The translations under genes were made by a program, and so were the position numbers. The notes beneath the pieces were generated by a model. It was not told where the DNA came from and made no database searches. It worked only from the letters and a program-made list of their open reading frames with translations. From Octopus sinensis (Eukaryota), in assembly GCF_006345805.1 (NCBI RefSeq), contig NC_043007.1, positions 56,296,001 to 56,360,000 on the forward strand: a DNA stretch of 64,000 bases. The letters are read 5' to 3'. Positions 39,870 through 53,200 of the stretch are shown here, one piece after another; within the stretch, counting starts at the first letter, position 1, and each line of letters starts with the position of its first letter.

Positions 39870-40950
39870 CTGGATATTAAAGTTTTGGCGGATTTGAAAG
39901 TGTGTTTGTTTTGGTCATTGATGTGTAAACGTACAATTTGTCTTGATCGTCAAGTGCTGAGAATAGATTTAGGTTGTTTGCTATATAGTCGGGGGTTCCA
40001 AAGACACCTATGACAGAAAGAACTGTTTGAAGAGGATTTACCTGAATTAGTTTGGTTTAGTGTAAAACGTTTAGGGTATAAATCGAATTAGTTGAAATCC
40101 TTCTTATATCATCTGCATTATTTTTTGCACCAAGATGTGTTGTATACGTTGAAATTTCTTCCAGTATTGGCATTTAGGATAACCTAAAGTGTGTTACAGA
40201 TAGCCTGTACAACCAGATTCAATGACTGAAGATGTTTGTTTCTTTTATGGCACATGTGTGTCTATGTGTGTGGTGTGGGGGGGGGTTCTTTTTTCTTTAG
40301 TTTATGTATTTTCATGCCGTACCATGTCTTATCAATCACTGAATGCCGTATCTATGTACGGGATTTAATATTCTACTGTTATGGGTCCCACCTTATCAGA
40401 CTGTAACTAAGGATATGAGAGGCACTGTGTTGAGTTAATAGCATTGTGTTTTGTAGCATTGCAATGTGAATACCAGGTGTGAGGAATAGGATTTAAATTT
40501 CATAAAAAAGTATTTGTATACATTTATTAGTTTAGCATTTTGTATTGCTTAGGTGATATACGTATTGTTGCTTGCTAGGTTTTTGTGTAGGGTGAGCCTG
40601 AATTTTCTTGTGTTGCTTTATTTTGCACCTGTACCGAGTGAAACCATATTGTTACTGTAACTGCGCTACAATCAGGTTTCAAAGTTGTATTTTGTTGTTT
40701 AAACGCAGACCAACCTGTCTTTTTCTAAGTCACAGTGTACATAAGATCGAATCAAAAGAGTATTTCTTGCAGGCCTCACCATCACATAGTTTCGTTTCGA
40801 CATTGCTCGAAGTAGTGATTAAATTTTTCTCATTCTCAGTGTTCATCATCAGCGTTTCGGTGTGTTTTTCTTGTGAATTTTTTCATCACTCGAACAATTG
40901 GCATTCCAGCTGTGACCACCTCATCTCTTCTCAGGCATAGTAAAGACAGG
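39870..40950 (-). mobile_element. Highly decayed LINE RT fragments (clade uncertain)
   Basis: Weak minus-strand remnants QYGFTR, YKYF-F...HI and RWDP; heavily frameshifted. Confidence 0.35.
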
Positions 40951-41064
40951 AATGATTGTGTGGTTAAGGTGTTCGCTTCGTAAACTTCAAGATTCCGAGA
41001 TCAAGCATACTGAACACTTATACCTAATGAGCAACATTTATAGCACGGAAACTGCAAGCACCTG

Positions 41065-41250
41065 GCTTATATTCTTTCATTTTTTTACTGGTTTCTCTCA
41101 TTTCACTGCAGTCATACTTGAACAGTTTTAGTCGAAGAAATCGACCTTATTCTTTGTAAGACTAATATTTATTATATCGGTATCTTTTGCTGAACCACTA
41201 AGTTGCGAAGACAGACACACAGCATCGGTTGACAAGAGATGACGGGGGTA
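41065..41250 (-). mobile_element. SINE family A, 3' part
   Basis: Similar to 742-930. Confidence 0.65.
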
Positions 41251-41273
41251 CAAGCACAGACATACTCACACAT

Positions 41274-41325
<52 letters not shown>

Positions 41326-42950
41326 TTAACCACCACGCCATATGCCCGTATGCCATTATGGATTGAATTTTTTAGGGCCTACCAAAGCTGCATGGGATGG
41401 AGTACATGCAATTTTTGATCATATTCTCTTCTACTGGTGGTTTTACCCAAAGGAGATATTTGCGAGATGTATTACTCTTGAATACTATCCTGATGTCATA
41501 TGGGCTGCATATCTTTTGTATCTTTTCGGAGGGACCTTTCACATAGGGTAGACTTACTGTAGACAGTTTGTTGGTTTCATCCTCTCTTTTCTTCATAATT
41601 TGAGTAGATAGTGTGTTTTGGGGGTAGTTGTTGCTTAATAGATTGTTACTGAGCTTGATCAGTTCTGGTGAAGCACTATCCGTGATTCAAGAAAAACTAG
41701 TAACAGACACCCATCTAAAAGAACGCACTAGTATACCAATAAGAAACTTGATGGAAATGTTGACCTTCCGTGTAGAAACTACCTATTTCAGTATGGACAC
41801 TGATATATATCGACAAGAAGAGCGTTTAGCTTTGGGTTCGCCATTATCACAGATAATAGCCAATATATACATGGAATACTTTGAAAATTTGGCTTTAGGA
41901 TCAACACCACTAAAACCAAGCCTATGGCTGCGACATATTGATGACACATTTATTCTCTGGCCCCACTAGGAAGATGTCCAAATGCTGTTAGATCATGTGA
42001 ACTCAATAAAGCCTTCCATACAGTTCACAATGGAAAAGGAAAAAAGATAAGCAGCTAGCATTCTTGGGCGTATTAATAACTCGCACCAAGTATGGATTCA
42101 GGACATCCGTATACGGTAAGCCACCTTCACTGGAGGATACCTTAACTTCAATTCCCACCATCCATACTGAGAGGAATTGCTCAGGGTAAAGAGAGTGATT
42201 GCTCAGTGCCTAAAACATTGAGCAAAGAATCGTTATACCCACCACGAAGAAATGATCAAATTCAGTAACAATCTATTAAGCAACAACTACCCCCAAAACA
42301 TACATTCTACTCCAATTATGAAGAAGAGAGAGGATGAAACCAATAAACTGTCTACAGTCTGTCTGCCCTATTTGAAAGGCCTCTCCGAAAAGATACAAAA
42401 GATATGCAGCCTATATGACATGAAGACAGTATTCAAGCGTAATACAACTCATCACAAATATCTCCTTTGGGTAAAACCACCAATAGAAGAGAATATGATC
42501 AAAAACTGCGTGTACTTCATCCCATGCAGCTGTGGTAGGTTATTACAAAAGTGAAACATGCCTCCCCCTCAAAAAAAGTGTAGAGGAACATCGCAAAGCT
42601 GTGACACGAGGAGATAATGATAAATCGGGTATAGCTGATCATGTATGGAAAAATGGAAACCACTTCCCCCTGTGGGATGAAGTTAAAATAATAGACAGAA
42701 AACACCAGTGGAAAATACAAAAACTAAAAGAAGCAGCACATATGCAAGGACACAGCAACCTCCTAAGCAGACTGAGTGCAGCTATGACTAGCATATGGGA
42801 ACCGATATTAAGGAAGGATAAGCAAATATTAGATTTATAAGCACTAAAAAATTCACTCCATAATTGCCCACGAGCATATGGTGTAGTGGTTAAGAGCGCG
42901 GGCTACTAACCCCAAAATTCCGAGTTCGATTATAGGCCGTGACATGAATA
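41326..42950 (+). mobile_element. Penelope-like element (RT C-terminus plus GIY-YIG) with an inverted, internally deleted 3' copy at its 5' end
   Basis: 41663-41969 reads ALGSPLSQIIANIYMEYFE...WLRHIDDTF; 42252-42840 reads LPYLKGLSEKI, VYFIPCSCGR, SGIADHVWKNGNH and KLKEAAHM. The segment 41326-41662 is a diverged reverse complement of ~42240-42540 plus 42844-42893. Confidence 0.9.
42874..42945 (+). ncRNA. tRNA-like module (A and B boxes, ACT in the anticodon loop); not a functional tRNA
   Basis: TGGTGTAGTGGTTAAGAGC, GGG CTACTAA CCC and GAGTTCGATT are present; the acceptor and T stems pair poorly. Confidence 0.6.
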
Positions 42951-43282
42951 ATTTAGGTATCCTTGTATGTAATACATACTTCTGAATGAATGGGTGTGTT
43001 TATGCGCGTGGGCATATATATATTTATATATATATATGTGTGTGCGTGTGTGTGTGAATAAAAAGCACTCTCTAAAGAATAGAGTACTATCGTACTAAAC
43101 CGCTAAATATACAGGCATCGCTGTCTACAAGGCTGCGGTTTACGAGGATGCGAAACCATTGGTGACTCTATGACCAAACTTTAACTTTTAGTGATTTAAT
43201 TTACATACATACATACATACATACACACACACTCACACACACATATATATATATATCTGTGTGTGCGTGTACGTATGCATAT

Positions 43283-43313
<31 letters not shown>

Positions 43314-44647
43314 GCACACACATACATGTATGTATATGTGGTCATTTACTACATGGGCGCAGGCAGAGATGACCTTGCTATACCTGGATTCTATTTCAAG
43401 CATAACTTCATGTTTTATTTATTTTGATAGTACCTTTCACAGCTTGTTGCAATAATTATAATCTGATTAGGTGTGTTTTTCTAGGTTTTGTAAAACTCGA
43501 AGCAGTTGTTTTTATTCTGTAACAGTGAAATGAAGGCTACTTCATCTATTATTTTCTTCTTTGATACTATCGTCAAATATTTTGTTTGTTTATACTACAC
43601 TACGCAACGTGATCTTCCTTTCTTAGGGAAGCAGAATATAATGCCAGCGAAATTTTGCTGCTATTTTCAGCAAGTCAAGCAATCACCTAGATAGATCCTA
43701 GTGTTAGTTAGTGGTGCTGGTGTTGATGGTGTTGAAGTGGTGTTGGTGACAATATCAAGATTGATGGTGTGTTGGTGACGGTGTCTTTAATGGGGTTGAT
43801 TTCGCTGAACTTATTTGTAATGGCCATTTACAATGTTAGCTGGTAGTGTTGGCGACATTATTTATTGTTAATAGTATTGTTGATTTTATTGACGTTTGTT
43901 TGCTATCGATATCCTCGATCGATGTCCTTCGTTGTTATGTATCAAACATCAAAGAATGAAGAGTAAACATTCACCCATCCTATAATCGTTAGTTTGATGT
44001 TCATATCGTTAAAGCGTACATCTCGACCCTTTCCCCCATATTTGGTTGTAAAACGGTGCGTTTGATAACAAACAGAGCAATGACAATAACAAGAACAATA
44101 TAATAATGGTAATTTATTTTCACTGTTTTAGTAGTTCCAGCCCTAACGCTCTGGCCATGCTGGGGTACCACCATTAAATATTGTCATTTTTGCAAATGCT
44201 GCGTACCAGTAAATTGCTAAAAGGGTGGGTAGGCGAAAATATAGCTACTGGAAGACGCTTGTTTTTAATAACAACTTAAAATAGTCGACTTAAAACTGAA
44301 ACTGCGGCAGTGTTTTCAGGTTTTTCCATAGTCGGATTCCCCCACTCTCTTTTGGGAAGGCGTATACAGTATATTTCAGGTCAGTTTGGAAGAAGAAGAA
44401 GAAGAAGAAGAAGAAGAAGAAGAAATACCCACGCACAAACACTCCGAGCAATTTATGTTAATTTTTGCAAATTAACTAGGCCATAAATGCGCTCCACTCT
44501 TTTGTGTATGCTTATCTCCCTTAGATGTTAGAGAGAGGGTAGGATAATTATCCTGCCGATAACGCCTACTGAGGCAGAAACAAGTGTTAGACTGTCGTCT
44601 AATCTCCCGACAATGATCCTATCCTTTTTCTTAAATGGCTTATCAAC

Positions 44648-44683
<36 letters not shown>

Positions 44684-45304
44684 GCACGCACACACACATA
44701 CACACACACACACGCACGCACACACGTGCACACACATACACACACACATGTGGGATCCAGTTGGTTTGGCTGCCGGCATCATTTTCTGTTCGAATTGATT
44801 TCATATTCAGTGTAATGATGCACTTTTATGGGCTAACGAATGACGTGAAAATCATTTTCACTATAAATCAATAAATAAAGTGTTAGTAGCAATTACAGCT
44901 AAATAGGCCTTAAATCACGCCCCTCCCCACTAAAAATGTTTTTGCATAATCGAATGAATTCCCGTGTGTAGAGTTCAAATTCGCAAAACATTTCTGAAAA
45001 CTCCAAATTTTAAAAAAGTTATGAGTCGGATATTAAGCGGAATTTGATTTGTCTACAGTTTCATATAAAACACGTGTTGTTTTCAAAATGTTGACAACAC
45101 GTGCAGTCACGCACAAAATGACACCTTCCTAATCCTGTTTCCTAGCTGGGTGAAAAGGATCAAATTATAAACTTCTATAACTTTTTTAAAACATTTTTTC
45201 TGGAAAAGTGAAATAATTCCAGCAATTCAGCTTGGAAAAGTATATTAATGTGCCAAATTGTTAACTTTTCGATAAACTTTAATTATTGAAATACTGGCAA
45301 CTAG

Positions 45305-45760
45305 ATCCTGTGTAGCACCCTCTCTCCTTCCCCCTCAGCCCCACACGGATCATTCCCTTGCTCTAGATCCCGTTGCAACACTTGCCCCTTCATCACCAAC
45401 ACCACCGCTGTCACCGGCTCCAACCTGCACACTGTACGCATTAGGCACTCTTTTACGTGCACCTCGTCTGGCCTTATTTACTGCATTAAATGCAACCTAT
45501 GCGGGATGCTGTATGTAGGACAGACGGGACGCCGGTTGTCCGACCGTTTCACTGAACACTTGAGGGAAATTCGCCTACACTCTCTTTCTCCCGTCGCACG
45601 CCACTTCCGCTCGGCCGGCCATTCCCTAGATGACATCTCAGTGTTTGGTCTCGCCCCCCACCATGGTCGCCCACTTTCCAGGCTCCACTTGGAGCAACGC
45701 TACATCTTCACCCTACAAACTACCACCCCACACGGACTTAACACAGCCCCCTCCTCTTGA
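45305..45760 (+). pseudogene. Neptune-type PLE Cys-rich linker plus GIY-YIG endonuclease (open frame, 5'-truncated)
   Basis: GSFPCSRSRCNTCPFI...FTCTSSGLIYCIKCNLCGMLYVGQTGRRLSDRFTEHLREI...HFRSAGH...EQRYIFTLQTTTPHGLN, uninterrupted over ~150 codons. Confidence 0.92.
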
Positions 45761-48616
45761 GATTCGTTTTTTTTTTTTTTTTTTTTTTGTGGACACACCA
45801 CTCACACACACCCACCCACCTACCTCCCACACCCACCCACCCACCTACCTCCCACAGGCCTGTTCACACACACACATACGTAGACCCATCTACGTACATA
45901 CATCCACACATTTAATCACACACACTTACAGACATACTAACACACACTAACATACAAACCAACATGCACATACACACACACATACATACATACGCACACA
46001 CATACATACTTACACACACACACACGCACAGACATACATACACACATACACACACACATACATACGCACATACATACACACACACTCACACACACACACC
46101 GCACGTACATACTTCACACACACAGGCAAACATACATGTAGGCACATACATACATACATACCTACACATGCACACCCTTACACTGAATGCACACACATAC
46201 ACCTTTTTGCATCCAGGCAGCCCCCCCTCTTTTCTGCTTTCCGGTTTTGGCTGATGGATCCTCGGTTCGAGGGCCTTTGCGCTCGCGCGCCTTGGCGCGC
46301 GCTGGGGGCTTGGTCGGCCCCTTGGGCTTGCGTTGTACTGCTTGTGCGTTGTGTGCGTGGGCGCGCTTCGTGTGTGTGGGCTTGCTTCGGATGTGCGCGT
46401 GCGTATGTATGCATACATACCCACACACTCGCATGCATCCCTACCCACATACATACACGCACACCTACTCACACACACACATACACACACATACCTGCAC
46501 ACACACACACACATACATACATACACATACATACCTACTTCAGACATACACACACACAGACATACACCCATACACTCACACTCACACGCATACACACACA
46601 CACATACACACGCACACGTACACATACACACACACACACACCTACATACATACATTACACTTGTATACACACACACTTACATTCATACACACACACACCT
46701 ACACAGCCATACCCTCACTCAGACACACACATCTACCTACACACACACACAAACACACACGGACACACACCCATACATACATCTACACACACACGCCTAC
46801 ACACATACATACACACATACATAAACACACACACATACACATATACACACATACGCACACACACATATACTTATACACATGCACACACACACTCATACAT
46901 ACATACACCCATATACATACACACACACATACCCACATACTCCTATACGCACATACATACACACAGACATACGCACATACACACTCACACAAACATACAC
47001 ACACACATACTTACACACACACTCACCTGCACGCGCACACACATGCATGACAAACACCCATACACTCACACTCACATACGCACACACCAACATAAACACG
47101 CACACGCACATGCACACACACACCTACACTCCCACACACATACACACGCACTCACATACACACACGCACGCATACACACGCATACACACATACATTACAC
47201 ACGTACACACACACCTACATACACATGCATACACACACACACACAAACATGCACGGACACACCCAGACATACACACGCCCACACACCTACATACACACAA
47301 TATACACACGCCCACACACCTACATACACACACATACATACACACACATACACGGACACACCCATACATACTTACATACATACACCTATACACACACGCC
47401 CACACACCTACATACACACACATGCATACACACACACACATGTACGCACACACACACACATATACGCACATACATATATACCCACACACATGCACACACA
47501 CACACATACGCACATGCATGCATGCATGCACACGCGCACACCTACACGCATACACACACACACGCACGTACACATACATACATACACACACTCATACATA
47601 CACCCATACACATACATGCATCCTACACACACATACATACACACTCACACATACATACACACACACACTCACTCACACACCTGTATGTACGCGCACACAC
47701 ATGCACATACACACACTTCCCCACACCCACACGTACACACATACACACACACACACACACACACGGACATACATCTATGCACACACATACATACACACAT
47801 ACTCACATACATTCATCGGACACACTGCCACCCGGACATACACACAGACACACTCACACATCCACACAGATACATACTTACGCACATACTCGCAGGCTCG
47901 CGCACGCACGCGCTTGCGCCGGTTCGCGTACGCATACGCTCCGCAGGCACCTCGCTCTTGGAACCGACAAGACCTCCCGCCCGTTCCTGGGACCGTCGCG
48001 TGTCGTTGGGTTTTCCCACGCCCGCCTCCGCGGGACCACTCTTCCATCTTCCCCTCAGCTGGAGTCCTTTTTCCTTAACCCCCCCCTTTTTCGTTACACA
48101 CACGCGCACACATATACACACACATTGCTTAAATATATACATTACTCTTACACACATTCAATCTACTCGCCATTTATACCACCACGACACTGGACACACA
48201 CACACACTACTACTCAACAAACGCTGGCACGCTACATACGCCCCCACCCGTTCCCCTCCCTCCCTTCCTCCTTCTTCTTTTCTTACTACTGACCTTTGTC
48301 TGCTAAGCTGACCACCGTCTCGCCCTACCTCACACGCCTACACACAGACGCACACACTAACACACACATATATATTTTTGTTTTTTCATCTCGCCTCACA
48401 CACACACATACACACACGCACACGCACACACTCACACATACACAACATCTGTTGCGTTACCAACCTTGTCTCCACTCTTTTGCCTTTAAAAACCCACTTT
48501 GCTCTGTTTTCGTAAACATCCGCCTTTCACCATGTGCAACTCGTAAACACCAGTCGTCTTTTTTCTCTTTCCCTGTTGCCCGCTCTGGATCTTTCTTTCC
48601 TCTCTCTTCCTTCTTT

Positions 48617-48655
48617 ATGTTTCCGACGAAGAGCTCCGCTCGAAACGTCATACCT
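48617..48655 (+). ncRNA. Minimal hammerhead-like motif, CCGACGA core
   Basis: Identical to 30814-30852; predicted cleavage after 48649. Confidence 0.6.
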
Positions 48656-48819
48656 CCCTGCTTCCTTTTCCTGAGCGCCTATTAATAATAATACTGTAAT
48701 TGTTCCATTGTTGTTGTTTTTTTGTTTCCCGTTTGGATTAAAATTATATATATATATATGTATGTATGTATACATGTATATATGTATGTGTATATATATA
48801 TATATGTATATATGTGTGT

Positions 48820-48866
<47 letters not shown>

Positions 48867-49480
48867 TGCATGCATGCACACGCGCACACCTACACGCATG
48901 TACGCATACATGCATACACACATACACACGCACGTACACATACATACATACACACACACATACATACATACATACACATACACACTTCCACACATACACA
49001 CACACACACACTTACTCACACACTCGCATGCACGCGCACACACATGCACATACACACACTTCCACACATACACACATACATACATACACACTCATACACA
49101 TACACACACACATATTTACTTACATTCAATCGGACACACAGACACCCAGACATACACACAGACACACTCACACATCCACACACACTCGCAGGCGCGCGCA
49201 CATACATGCATGTGCGCGTTCGCGCACGCATACATACATGCATGCACCACGTCCGTGGGTTCCGACTAGATCTCTTGTTCGTATCTGGGGCCAGCGTGTT
49301 TCTTGGGTTTCTCTTACGCCTGTCATCGAGTTGTTACCAACCTTCTTTTTTCCGCTCTCCTGTCTTTAAAAACCTGCCCCTGTTGTCCAAAACTTCCGGC
49401 TTTTCAGCATGTTTACTTCGTAAAAACCAGTCGCGTTTTTTTTCCCTCCGTTCGCCCGCCTCGGGATCTTTCTTTCTCTT

Positions 49481-49519
49481 ATGTTTCCGACGAAGAGCTC
49501 CGCTCGAAACGTCATACCC
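49481..49519 (+). ncRNA. Minimal hammerhead-like motif, CCGACGA core
   Basis: ATGTTTCCGACGAAGAGCTCCGCTCGAAACGTCATACC is identical to the other two copies although the flanks have diverged; predicted cleavage after 49513. Confidence 0.6.
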
Positions 49520-50701
49520 GCCTTCTTCCCTTTTTCCTGAGCGCCTAATAATAATAATACTTTAATTGTTCCACCTCCTTGTGTTGTTGTTTTTTCTGTT
49601 TTCTCGTTTGGATTAACCTTATATATATATATACATACATATATATATATATATATATTTTTTTTATCTAGTTTCAGCTCACGAGCTGTGGCCATGCTGG
49701 AGCACCGCCATATATATGCATACATATATATTAACTATATATACGTACTGTAAACACTCTATTCCCAACATATTCTAGTCACAATCTCGCAAAAAGAAAA
49801 AAAAATCTTGTTTGGTTTTAATGATGTTTATATTTGAAAAATGAGACTTATACTCATTCGCTTATGTATATGCCTGAACATTTTCACACCTTTATCCCGC
49901 TCTTACACATATGTTGACAACAATAAGCATGGAAGAATAATTGGATCATATCACGCTTAACCTCAGAGTCCAAAAGTCCAACACCGTAGCCCACCTAGAT
50001 AAACAAGTCAAACACTAACGCCCAGCTATCTCCCTCAGCTAGACTTGCAGTGGTACCTACTATCACACCCACCCCACCATAACCACCACTGCCACCGCCG
50101 CCGCCACCGCCGCCAAAACCACTACCACCACCACTTCTATTTCCACCACCACCACCACCTCCGCCGCCGCTGCCGCTACTACTGCTACTGTTGTATAGAC
50201 GTGGTTGGTGTGTTGTTAAACACAACTCATCACCTTTTATCACTTACAAACGTTGGAGAAACTTGTCAATGTGTTGTGTTCACTGCTAGCACTCACAAAG
50301 GATCGGTCGGCAAGTGACATTCGTTGTAACACGTTTGCAGCAATGAGTCTTTAATTAATTTTCTGCTTTTTTGACTTTTCACAGAGTTATGTCTTCATGT
50401 TCTCCACCAAATTGTTTTTTTAATCTTTATTTCTTTATTTCATCAATGTTACATACATACGTACATATATGCACTCACATGCATGCACACTCATACAGAC
50501 ACAAAGACATACTCTCAGAGAGAAAGAGACATAGAGAGAGAGAGAGAGACTTATATATACCTGTGTTTTTGATCGTTAGTATATTGATGCTTAGTGTGTC
50601 TATACATATATATATATATAAATGTGTGTGTGTGTGTGATACACAAGCACAAGCATTTTACACACGGCTGCACGCGCACTCACACGTATGCACACACATG
50701 T

Positions 50702-50776
<75 letters not shown>

Positions 50777-51007
50777 TATATGATATATATATATATATAT
50801 ATGATATATATATATATATATATATATGCAAATATATATATATATATATACAAATATATATGTATGCATATATACATATATATATATACCCACATATACA
50901 CATACACATATATACATACATGTACATAGTATGCCAGTACATGTATAGTTATTATTTTACTCATACACATGCATACACAAATATAAACACATATATTTAT
51001 GTGTGTA

Positions 51008-51045
<38 letters not shown>

Positions 51046-51993
51046 GGAGAGGGGAGAGAGAGGAAGACATGCAGAGACACTTACAAACACACCTTCACTC
51101 ACCTGCGCATAAACCTCTCACGTACATGCAGACATACACACACACACACACACACACATACATAATAAACAGCCATGTTTGAATGAGTATGTGCGTCTTT
51201 ATGCATATGTGGGGACGTTTTTGAGTGAGTGTGTTTGTAAAAGTGAAAAGTCAATTTGTATTGAGACAGCCGACAATATGTGAATTGGACATCTCGTGAA
51301 GGGAATAATAAATTATAACATTACTGCTTCTATTGTTTTTCATGTTGTTCTTACTGTCATAGTTTAAGATAATTCTTGCTTTCGTGTTGTCCTTGTGTTT
51401 TCAAGGGTTTATGGCGGGCGTGTGGGGTGATGATGTTTGCTGTCGTCATCATCATCACCATCATAGTAGTAGTAGTAGTAGTAGTAGGGGGAGGAGGAGG
51501 AGGAGGAGGTGGTGGTGGAAGAGGAGTAGTAAAGCTTATTTTATAGTCAGTTGTTCTGGAATGTCGGAGTTGGTGCTTGTAAGGGTGACGCTGATGTGTT
51601 TTATTTTTCTTTGGTTGTTTTTGCAATTTATTGTTGATGTCGCTGTGATGGCAATGGTGCTGGGGAGTTAGTAATAGTTTTGTTTGTATGTTCTTTTGTT
51701 ACTGTGTGGGGGCAGTGGTTGCTGGTAGTGGTGGTTGGTAGTCCTGAGAGTGTTTTCTTGTTGGTGAATTTCTGATCTGCTTGGAGGGCACTATAATTCA
51801 TAGTTACTATTGATATCATTGTTGTGATGTTTAACCCCAGGTCAGCCCTGCTAATCAAGCAGACCTGTGATCAAAGAAGTTTCGGTATTGGCTATAACGT
51901 CAAACACGCATCCATCCATGCATGCATCCATCCATACATACATACATACATACATACATACATACATACATACATACATACATACATGTGTAC

Positions 51994-52026
<33 letters not shown>

Positions 52027-52559
52027 TGTATGTATGTATGTATGTGTGTGTGTGTGTGTGTGCGTGTGTGCTCACGCGCATGTATAAATGATTATAATGT
52101 ACACTGTCACCTTTCTTTTTCAAGAGCGCGGTGTCTAATATGAGAGAGATTTGGTCTCTATTTCTACCGTATCGAGCGTCTACATTGAGGTTCAATATTC
52201 GGCAAATCACTGCTTATATGATGGTCATGATAGCGATAGTGGTTCCAGAAGTAATACACTAGGTACCAGGTCCGTTCTCTGTAAAGGTCGTTTTTAGTTT
52301 AACCAGAAAATAATTTTCAACTTTCTTTTTCTGCAAAACATCATAGAAATTTTTGGCTATTTTATTTGCTTATCGATACATTAGGTCCAGTTCGATACTC
52401 GATCTTTAAACCTATGAGCGGTCCCTTTTTAAGCATCATATTAGTTCTATGAAAAAATAACTTCCAAGAAATAAAATAGTAACTTCTTGAGCGCTGATTT
52501 AATTTCCTGCCTATTGTCACATATTGTTCTCACTGTAGATGTTGCAAGCTTTAATATTT

Positions 52560-53200
52560 TTGCAATGTGATCATGTATGGAAAGACGTTTATAAACGTCT
52601 CTGTGTAAAAGCTAGTTTGAAATATTTAAGAAGCTTTTGATTTTGTACAACATTAATATGACTGGTGAAGCTGCCAGAGCTGGTAGAGAGGTTGCTACAA
52701 ATTATCCCGAGCAGCCGTAAAACTTTATTGACCACATGATGGTACCCTCATTTGCTTGTGTGAATTTCTTAGTCACCTAAAGAACAACCCACAAATAATT
52801 ATTATTTGAGAATTGCTTCTAATTTAGGCACAAGGCTAGCAATTCTGCGGGAAGGAATTTAGTCGATACCAGCAATTCTAGTACTTGACTGGTGCTTTAT
52901 TGTATTGAGTCAGGAAGGATGAAAGGCAATGTATATCTCAGAAATATTGGACGTATACATTATGGAGGAAACTGCTCTTTTCGGGAAACTGAAACCTGTT
53001 AAAACTTTTATTCCTCGACAAGAAAAATGAACAACAAGATTTAAGGCTTCCAAATATCGTTTGATGCTTTTATCAAGAAGAAATACTACTAATGATATGA
53101 AATTAAAGCCTTCCTTGTGTATTCCTCTAAAATTCTAAGGCAAAACTTCTACTAAGGCTTTCAAAATGTTCCGTCAGTGTTTTTGTGAATATTAAACATT
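52560..53200 (+). mobile_element. Decayed Tigger/pogo transposase fragment, interrupted at 52728-52951
   Basis: NINMTGEAARAGRE (~52650-52700), then VYIMEETAL...KTFIPRQEK...FKASKYRL (52952-53070). Confidence 0.6.

Larger units (their letters stand above)
45305..49620 (+). mobile_element. Neptune-type Penelope-like element with a ~3 kb CA-rich 3' region and a partial tandem second 3' end
   Basis: GIY-YIG, then CA-rich sequence with GC islands (46200-46430, 47890-48070), a hammerhead motif at 48617-48655 and a tail to ~48745. A diverged partial repeat at 48864-49620 carries a second motif at 49481-49519. Confidence 0.85.

Noticed and set aside
42874-42945. tRNA-Ser(ACT) gene
   Set aside because: The acceptor and T stems do not pair properly and the sequence is attached to a retroelement end; treated as a tRNA-like module.
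46254-48311. 685 aa His/Thr-rich ORF and the overlapping 200-410 aa ORFs (also 28588-30498)
   Set aside because: The CA-rich strand is almost devoid of stop codons in all frames, and indels between the two copies shift frames freely. It is not credible as protein-coding.
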